Below, piece after piece: positions 1-4,175 of a stretch of 4,175 nucleotides of DNA (positions are counted from its first letter, which is position 1; the number at the start of each line of letters is the position of its first letter). Source of the stretch: a virus (lineage: Duplodnaviria; Heunggongvirae; Uroviricota; Caudoviricetes); IMG/VR virus record IMGVR_UViG_2541047123_000012, one strand, 5' to 3'. The position numbers and the translations under genes were made by a program. Under the pieces are notes generated by a model. It had not been told where the DNA came from, did not search any database, and was given only the letters and a program-made list of their open reading frames with translations.

Positions 1-53
1 CAAACGAATCTGGTGCAGATTTTGTCTGCATCTCTTCGATACGTTTCAGCCAT
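1..53 (-). CDS. Possible 5' end of a further leftward gene (partial, runs off the window start)
   Basis: Minus-strand ATG at 51-53 opens a frame (MAETYRRDADKICTRFV...) that stays open to position 1. Only a weak purine-rich stretch (GAAGAG) lies upstream. A second ATG at 29-31 in another frame is equally possible. No recognisable homology. Confidence 0.2.
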   Translation of the reverse strand, partial: MAETYRRDADKICTRFV

Positions 54-124
54 CGCAGCACACTCTTCAAAGTTTGCTTAATGCTTTTTCGCTCCCATTC
101 GGCGCATTGTTTTTTCCAGTTCTG

Positions 125-550
125 CTATGCGCTTACTTTCCATCCGACGATTACTCCCTCGTAATATTCACGCTGCTCGTTGAGTTTTGATTTTGCTGCT
201 TCAAGCTCAACACGCAGCTTCCCAACCGTAAGCGCAATCCCCTCGTTCTCCTGGTCGCGGCGTTTGATGTATTGCTGGTTTCTTTCCCGTTCATCCAGCA
301 GTTCCAGCACGGTAGCCGGGTTAGCCTCTGCTATGAATTCAGCGTTTGCATAAGCCTGAGCATCTGATTCAATCAGGCAGTTAACATGACATTCCGCAAT
401 CACGCCACCGGGTTCTCCTTTCCATTTTTGGCAAACAAAAACTCCTGTTAAATTGCCGTGCTGGTTAACAGATGTATGCCCTACGATGTAGCTTCCTTTA
501 GTTGCTTTTTCTGCCTTTTCACGCAGTGCCTGATAATTAATTTCGCTCAC
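125..550 (-). CDS. Ea22-like protein (ead/Ea22 family, exo-xis region), 141 aa
   Basis: Minus-strand ORF with GTG start at 548-550 and TAG stop at 125-127. N-terminus MSEIN... and the coiled-coil-like segment LELLDERERNQQYIKRRDQENE...KLRVELEAAKSKLNEQREYYEGV match my memory of lambda Ea22. It is shorter than the 182 aa I recall for lambda Ea22. The GTG start overlaps the TGA stop of the upstream ORF by 3 nt (547-549 vs 548-550). Confidence 0.6.
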   Translation of the reverse strand: MSEINYQALREKAEKATKGSYIVGHTSVNQHGNLTGVFVCQKWKGEPGGVIAECHVNCLIESDAQAYANAEFIAEANPATVLELLDERERNQQYIKRRDQENEGIALTVGKLRVELEAAKSKLNEQREYYEGVIVGWKVSA

Positions 551-768
551 TTCGAACCTCTCTGTTTACTGATAAGCTCCAGATCCTCCTGGCAACTTGC
601 ACAAGTCCGACAACCCTGAACTGCCAGGCGTCTTCGTTCATCTATCGGATCGCCACACTCACAACAATGAGTTGCGGATACAGTCTGGTAGTTCAGGCGA
701 CGCATTTTTATTGCTGTATTGCGCTGTAATTCTTCAATTTCTGATGCTGAATCAATGATGTCTGCCAT
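547..768 (-). CDS. TraR/DksA-family C4 zinc-finger protein (lambda Orf73-like), 73 aa
   Basis: ATG at 766-768, TGA at 547-549. Translation contains CxxC-(17 aa)-CxxC (CECGDPIDERRRLAVQGCRTCASC), the hallmark of the DksA/TraR C4 zinc finger. Length and position (between the orf61-position ORF and ea22) match lambda orf73. Confidence 0.8.
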   Translation of the reverse strand: MADIIDSASEIEELQRNTAIKMRRLNYQTVSATHCCECGDPIDERRRLAVQGCRTCASCQEDLELISKQRGSK

Positions 769-820
769 CTTCCATTAATCCCTGAATTGTTGGTTAATAC
801 GCTTGAGGGTGAATGCGAAC

Positions 821-845
821 AATAAAAAAGGAGCCTGTAGCTCCC
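821..845 (-). terminator. Putative intrinsic terminator for leftward transcription
   Basis: Inverted repeat GGAGC (830-834) / GCTCC (840-844) with a 5-nt loop. On the minus-strand RNA the stem is followed directly by UUUUUUAUU (complement of the plus-strand A-run at 821-829). Lies about 20 nt downstream of the stop of the 867..1148 ORF. Confidence 0.4.
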
Positions 846-866
846 TGATGATTTTGCTTTTCATGT

Positions 867-1148
867 TCATCGCTCCTTAAAGACGCCGTTTAACATGCCG
901 ATCGCCAGACTTAAATGAGTCGGTGTGAATCCCATTAGCGTTACCGTTTCGCGGTGCTTCTTCAGTACGCTACGGCAAATGTCATCGACGTTTTTATCCG
1001 GAAACTGCTGTCTGGCTTCTTTGATTTCAGAATTAGCCTGACGGGCAATGCTGCGAAGGGCGTTTTCCTGCTGAGGTGTCATTGAACAAGTCCCATGTCG
1101 GCAAGCATAAGCACACAGAATATGAAGCCTGCTGCCAGAAAAATGCAT
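867..1148 (-). CDS. Small hypothetical protein at the lambda orf61 position (exo-xis region)
   Basis: Minus-strand ORF of 93 aa from ATG 1146-1148 to TGA 867-869. An internal ATG at 1080-1082 would give a 71-aa product (MTPQQENALRSIARQ...). Neither start has a strong Shine-Dalgarno, so the true start is uncertain. Same orientation and coding density as its neighbours. Confidence 0.5.
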   Translation of the reverse strand: MHFSGSRLHILCAYACRHGTCSMTPQQENALRSIARQANSEIKEARQQFPDKNVDDICRSVLKKHRETVTLMGFTPTHLSLAIGMLNGVFKER

Positions 1149-1158
1149 TCTGTTGTTG

Positions 1159-1350
1159 TCATGCCGGGTCTCTCTTGTTTGCTTCTGCTTTCGCCGCCAT
1201 CATTTCCAGCTTTTGTGAAAGGGATGTGGCTAACGTATGAAATTCTTCGTCTGTTTCTACTGGTATTGGCACAAACCTGACTCCAATTTGAGCAAGGCTA
1301 TGTGCCATCCCAATACTCGTTCTTAACTCAACAGGAGATGCTTTGTGCAT
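1159..1350 (-). CDS. orf63: Orf63-like protein (exo-xis region), 63 aa
   Basis: 192-nt minus-strand ORF, the same length as lambda orf63. It overlaps the downstream end of the orf60a-like ORF by 28 nt, which is the overlap I recall between lambda orf60a and orf63. Confidence 0.7.
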   Translation of the reverse strand: MHKASPVELRTSIGMAHSLAQIGVRFVPIPVETDEEFHTLATSLSQKLEMMAAKAEANKRDPA

Positions 1351-1505
1351 ACAGCCCCTCGTTTATTATTTATCTCCTCAGCCAGCCGCTGGGCTTTCAG
1401 TGGATTTCGGATAACAGAAAGGCCGGGAAATACCCAGCCTCGCTTTGTAACGGAGTAGACGAAAGTGATCGTGCCTACGCGGATATTATCGTGAGGATGC
1501 TTCAT
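1323..1505 (-). CDS. orf60a: Orf60a-like protein, 60 aa (62 aa if the ATG at 1509-1511 is used)
   Basis: Minus-strand [16 protein letters not shown]...; the translation begins Met-Ala-Met, so there are in-frame ATGs at 1509-1511 and 1503-1505. Starting at 1505 gives 60 aa and an ATGA start/stop overlap with exo (exo stop TGA at 1502-1504), as in lambda. Confidence 0.65.
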   Translation of the reverse strand: MKHPHDNIRVGTITFVYSVTKRGWVFPGLSVIRNPLKAQRLAEEINNKRGAVCTKHLLLS

Positions 1506-2182
1506 CGCCATTGCTCCCCAAATACAAAACCAATTTCAGCCAGTGCCTCGTCCATTTTTTCGATGAACTCCGGCACCATCTCGTCAAAACTCGCCATGTA
1601 CTTTTCATCCCGCTCAACCACGACATAATGCAGTCCTTCACGCTTCATACGCGGGTCATAGTTGGCAAAGTACCAGGCATCTTTTCGTGTCACCCACATG
1701 CTGTACTGCACCTGGGCCATGTAAGCCGACTTTATGGCCTCGAAACCACCGAGCCGGAACTTCATGAAATCCCGGGAGGTAAACGGGCATTTCAGCTCAA
1801 GGCCATTGCCGTCACTGCATAAACCATCGGGAGAGCAGGCGGTACGCATACTTTCGTCGCGATAGATGATCGGGGATTCAATAACATTCACGCCGGAAGT
1901 GAACTCAAACAGGGTTCTGGCGTCGTTCTTGAACTGTTTTCCCCAGGCCAGTGCCTTGGCATTAACTTCCGGAGCCACACCGGTGCAAACCTCAGCCAGC
2001 AGGGTGTGGAAGTAGGACATTTTCATGCCAGGCCACTTCTTTCCTGAGCGGGGCTTTGCTATCACGTTGTGAATTTCTGAAGCGGTGATGACGCCGAGCC
2101 GTAATTTGTGCCACGCATCATCTCCCTGTTCGACAGCTCTCACGTCGATCCCAGTACGCTGCAGGATAATGTCCGGTGTCAT
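1502..2182 (-). CDS. exo: Lambda-type 5'-3' exonuclease Exo (Red alpha), 226 aa
   Basis: ATG at 2180-2182, TGA at 1502-1504. Translation [36 protein letters not shown]... is recognisably lambda exonuclease over its full length, including the PD-(D/E)xK-type segment [18 protein letters not shown]. Start overlaps the bet stop by 4 nt (ATGA). Confidence 0.95.
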   Translation of the reverse strand: MTPDIILQRTGIDVRAVEQGDDAWHKLRLGVITASEIHNVIAKPRSGKKWPGMKMSYFHTLLAEVCTGVAPEVNAKALAWGKQFKNDARTLFEFTSGVNVIESPIIYRDESMRTACSPDGLCSDGNGLELKCPFTSRDFMKFRLGGFEAIKSAYMAQVQYSMWVTRKDAWYFANYDPRMKREGLHYVVVERDEKYMASFDEMVPEFIEKMDEALAEIGFVFGEQWR

Positions 2183-2965
2183 GCTGCCACCTTCTGTTCA
2201 GTGGCTTTTTGTTTCAGGAATCCAAGAGCTTTTACTGCTTCGGCCTGTGTCAGTTCTGACGATGCGCGAATGTCGCGGCGAAATATCTGGGAACAGAGCG
2301 GCAATAAGTCGTCATCCCATGTTTTATCCAGGGCGATCAGCAGAGTGTTAATCTCCTGCATGGTTTCATCGTTAACCGGAGTGATGACGCGTTCCGGCTG
2401 GCGTTCTGCAGTGTATGCAGTATTTTCGACAATGCGCTCGGCTTCATCCTTGTTATAGATACCAGCAAATCCGAAGGCCAGACGGGCACACTGAATCATG
2501 GCTTTATGCCGTAACATCCGTTTGGGATGCGACTGCCACGGGCCGGTGATTTCTCTGCCTTCGCGGGTTTTGAATGGTTCGCGGCGGCATTCATCCATCC
2601 ACTCGGTAACGCAGATCGGATGATTACGGTCTTTGCGGTAAATCCGGCAATGTACAGGATTCATTGTCCTGCTCAAAGTCCATGCCATCAAACTGCTGGT
2701 TTTCATTGATGATGCGGGACCAGCCATCAACGCCCACCACCGGAACGATGCCGTTCTGCTTATCAGGGAAGGCGTAAATTTCTTTCGTCCACGGATTAAG
2801 GCCGTACTGGTTGGCGACGATCAACAATGCGATGAACTGCGCATCGCTGGCATCACCTTTAAATGCCGTCTGGCGAAGAGTGGTGATCAGTTCCTGTGGG
2901 TCGACAGAATCCATGCCGACACGTTCAGCCAGCTTCCCTGCCAGCGTTGCGAGTGCTGTACTCAT
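2179..2965 (-). pseudogene. bet: bet (Red beta ssDNA-annealing protein) disrupted by a +1 frameshift
   Basis: ATG at 2963-2965 with GAGG about 10 nt upstream. The first 105 codons (MSTALATLAGKLAERVG...DNESCT) are in one frame and stop after 8 out-of-frame codons (LPDLPQRP, stop at 2624-2626). The remaining 156 codons (CRIYRKDRNHPICVTEW...EQKVAA, stop at 2179-2181) continue in another frame. 105 + 156 = 261 aa, the full lambda Bet length, and the locus is 787 nt rather than 786. The junction is at plus-strand 2648-2650 (caa where a single-base-shorter ca would restore the frame). Confidence 0.85.
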
Positions 2966-2970
2966 CCGTT

Positions 2971-3267
2971 TTATACCTCTGAATCAATATCAACCTGGTG
3001 GTGAGCAATGGTTTCAACCATGTACCGGATGTGTTCTGCCATGCGCTCCTGAAACTCAACATCGTCATCAAACGCACGGGTAATGGCTTTTTTGCTGGCC
3101 CCGTGGCGTTGCAAATGATCGATGCAGAGCGATTCAAACAGGTGCTGGGGAAGACCTTTTTCCATGTCGTCTGCCAGTTCTGCCTCTTTCTCTTCACGGG
3201 CAATCTGCTGGTAATGACGCGCCCAGCTCTGAGCCTCAAGACGATCCTGAATGTAATAAGCGTTCAT
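2971..3267 (-). CDS. gam: Gam, RecBCD inhibitor (short form GamS), 98 aa
   Basis: ATG at 3265-3267 with CAGGAG (complement of 3275-3280) 7 nt upstream; TAA at 2971-2973. Translation [21 protein letters not shown]...[10 protein letters not shown] matches lambda GamS with a few substitutions. Confidence 0.9.
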   Translation of the reverse strand: MNAYYIQDRLEAQSWARHYQQIAREEKEAELADDMEKGLPQHLFESLCIDHLQRHGASKKAITRAFDDDVEFQERMAEHIRYMVETIAHHQVDIDSEV

Positions 3268-3321
3268 GGCTGAACTCCTGAAAATGGCTGTGAAAATATC
3301 GCCCGCGAAATGCCAGGCTGA

Positions 3322-3486
3322 TTAGGAAAACAGGAAAGGGGGGTAGTGAATGCTTTTGCTTGATCTCAGTTTCAGTATTAATATCCATTTTTTATAAGCG
3401 TCGACGGCCTCACGAAACATCTTTTCATCGCCAATAAAAGTGGCGATAGTGAATTTAGTCTGGATAGCCATAAGTGTTTGATCCAT
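3322..3486 (-). CDS. kil: Kil (host cell-division inhibitor), 54 aa as encoded here
   Basis: ATG at 3484-3486 with AGGAG about 9 nt upstream; start lies inside the 3' end of cIII in a different frame. Translation [47 protein letters not shown] matches lambda Kil, then continues YPPFLFS to a TAA at 3322-3324. Confidence 0.75.
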   Translation of the reverse strand: MDQTLMAIQTKFTIATFIGDEKMFREAVDAYKKWILILKLRSSKSIHYPPFLFS

Positions 3487-3619
3487 TCTTTGGGACTCCT
3501 GGCTGATTAAGTATGTCGATAAGGCGTTTCCATCCGTCACGTAATTTACGGGTGATTCGTTCAAGTAAAGATTCGGAAGGGCAGCCAGCAACAGGCCACC
3601 CTGCAATGGCATATTGCAT
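3455..3619 (-). CDS. cIII: CIII (FtsH protease inhibitor, lysogeny regulator), 54 aa
   Basis: ATG at 3617-3619 with AGGAG (complement of 3626-3630) upstream; TAA at 3455-3457. My own translation of the reverse complement gives [54 protein letters not shown], which is lambda CIII. Not in the ORF track because it is under the length cutoff. Confidence 0.9.
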   Translation of the reverse strand: MQYAIAGWPVAGCPSESLLERITRKLRDGWKRLIDILNQPGVPKNGSNTYGYPD

Positions 3620-3640
3620 GGTGTGCTCCTTATTTATACA

Positions 3641-3668
3641 TAACGAAAAACGCCTCGAGTGAAGCGTT
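3641..3668 (-). terminator. Weak terminator-like hairpin between ea10 and cIII (tL2-region candidate)
   Basis: Inverted repeat AACGC (3649-3653) / GCGTT (3664-3668) with a 10-nt loop containing the palindrome CTCGAG. On the minus-strand RNA the stem runs into UUUUUCGUUAU. Short AU-containing stem, so at best a weak terminator. Confidence 0.3.
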
Positions 3669-3691
3669 ATTGGTATGCGGTAACGCCGCGC

Positions 3692-4060
3692 TCAGGCGGC
3701 CTTGATAGTCATATCATCTGAATTAAATATTCCTGATGTATCGATATCGGTAATTCTTATTCCTTCGCTACCATCCATTGGAGGCCATCCTTCCTGACCA
3801 TTTCCATCATTCCAGTCGAACTCACACACAACACCATATGCATTTAAGTCGCTTGAAATTGCTATAAGCAGAGCATGTTGCGCCAGCATGATTAATACAG
3901 CATTTAATAAAGAGCCGTGTTTATTGAGTCGGTATTCAGAGTCTGACCAGAAATTATTAATCTGGTGAAGTTTTTCCTCTGTCATTACGTCATGGTCGAT
4001 TTCAATTTCTATTGATGCTTTCCAGTCGTAATCAATGATGTATTTATTGATGTTTGACAT
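3692..4060 (-). CDS. ea10: Ea10 protein, 122 aa
   Basis: ATG at 4058-4060 with GAGGA (complement of 4070-4074) 9 nt upstream; TGA at 3692-3694. Translation MSNINKYIIDYDWKASIEIEIDHDVMTEEKLHQINNFWSD... and the 122-aa length match lambda Ea10 as I recall it. Confidence 0.8.
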   Translation of the reverse strand: MSNINKYIIDYDWKASIEIEIDHDVMTEEKLHQINNFWSDSEYRLNKHGSLLNAVLIMLAQHALLIAISSDLNAYGVVCEFDWNDGNGQEGWPPMDGSEGIRITDIDTSGIFNSDDMTIKAA

Positions 4061-4077
4061 CTGTTCATATCCTCACA

Positions 4078-4106
4078 GATAAAAAATCGCCCTCACATTG
4101 GAGGGC
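4078..4106 (-). terminator. Intrinsic terminator immediately upstream of ea10 (leftward transcription)
   Basis: Perfect inverted repeat GCCCTC (4089-4094) / GAGGGC (4101-4106) with a 6-nt loop. On the minus-strand RNA the GC-rich stem is followed by GAUUUUUUAU (complement of 4078-4088). On the plus strand the same stem is followed by AAAGAAGA, so it is orientation-specific for leftward transcripts. Confidence 0.5.
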
Positions 4107-4145
4107 AAAGAAGATTTCCAATAATCAGAACAAGTCGGCTCCTGT

Positions 4146-4175
4146 TTAGTTACGAGCGACATTGCTCCGTGTATT
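4146..4175 (-). CDS. Possible 3' end of an upstream leftward gene (partial, enters from beyond the window end)
   Basis: A minus-strand frame open from 4175 ends at TAA 4146-4148 (...NTRSNVARN*), about 40 nt before the terminator hairpin. Another frame is also open here, so the assignment is tentative. Confidence 0.25.
   Translation of the reverse strand, partial: NTRSNVARN

Noticed and set aside
829-880. Tiny plus-strand ORF MILLFMFIAP with an upstream AAGGAG
   Set aside because: Only 10 codons, and the AAGGAG is part of the terminator-like stem. Most likely a chance start with no supporting signal.
2624-2730. Programmed ribosomal frameshifting as an explanation for the two-frame bet
   Set aside because: No slippery heptamer or homopolymer run at the junction (coding strand ...TGTACATTGCCGGAT...) and no obvious downstream stimulatory structure. 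A simple indel or sequencing error is far more likely.
1095-3273. Eight plus-strand ORFs of 60-116 aa in the six-frame track (1095..1280, 1302..1628, 1511..1822, 2085..2351, 2108..2458, 2527..2709, 2811..3083, 2998..3273)
   Set aside because: Each lies entirely antisense to a well-supported minus-strand gene (exo, bet, gam, orf60a, orf63). None has a recognisable family signature or convincing RBS. They are typical shadow ORFs opposite real coding sequence.
3338-3343. Six-G homopolymer run (C6 on the coding strand) in the kil/gam overlap as a phase-variation tract
   Set aside because: Six residues is short for slipped-strand switching, and the run is simply the result of the single base change that removes the kil stop.
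4078-4110. Reading the 4089-4106 hairpin as a plus-strand or bidirectional terminator
   Set aside because: On the plus strand the stem is followed by AAAGAAGA rather than a U-tract. Only the minus-strand orientation has the canonical stem plus U-run.
1-4175. CRISPR arrays, tandem repeats, tRNA/rRNA genes, IS elements or attachment-site repeats
   Set aside because: By eye there is no direct-repeat periodicity, no tRNA-like sequence and no transposase-like ORF. The window is almost fully occupied by overlapping minus-strand phage genes.

Overview
This window is the leftward (pL) delayed-early segment of a lambda-like prophage, with every credible gene on the minus strand. Reading in transcription order (high to low coordinate): C-terminus of an upstream gene, hairpin terminator, ea10, weak terminator-like hairpins, cIII, kil, gam, bet, exo, orf60a, orf63, an orf61-position small ORF, hairpin terminator, a TraR/DksA-type zinc-finger ORF (lambda Orf73-like), and an Ea22-like ORF. 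The proteins are near-identical but not identical to phage lambda as I recall it, so this is a lambdoid relative, probably a prophage. The most notable observation is that the Red recombination module is not intact: bet carries a single-base insertion that splits it into two frames, while exo and gam are full-length. Smaller deviations from canonical lambda are an apparently lost kil stop codon (7-codon extension) and an upstream gam ATG that is out of frame with the short Gam ORF. I see no CRISPR array, tRNA/rRNA, transposase or evidence of a novel multi-gene system; the plus-strand ORFs in the track are antisense shadows. All comparisons to lambda are from memory and need alignment to confirm.
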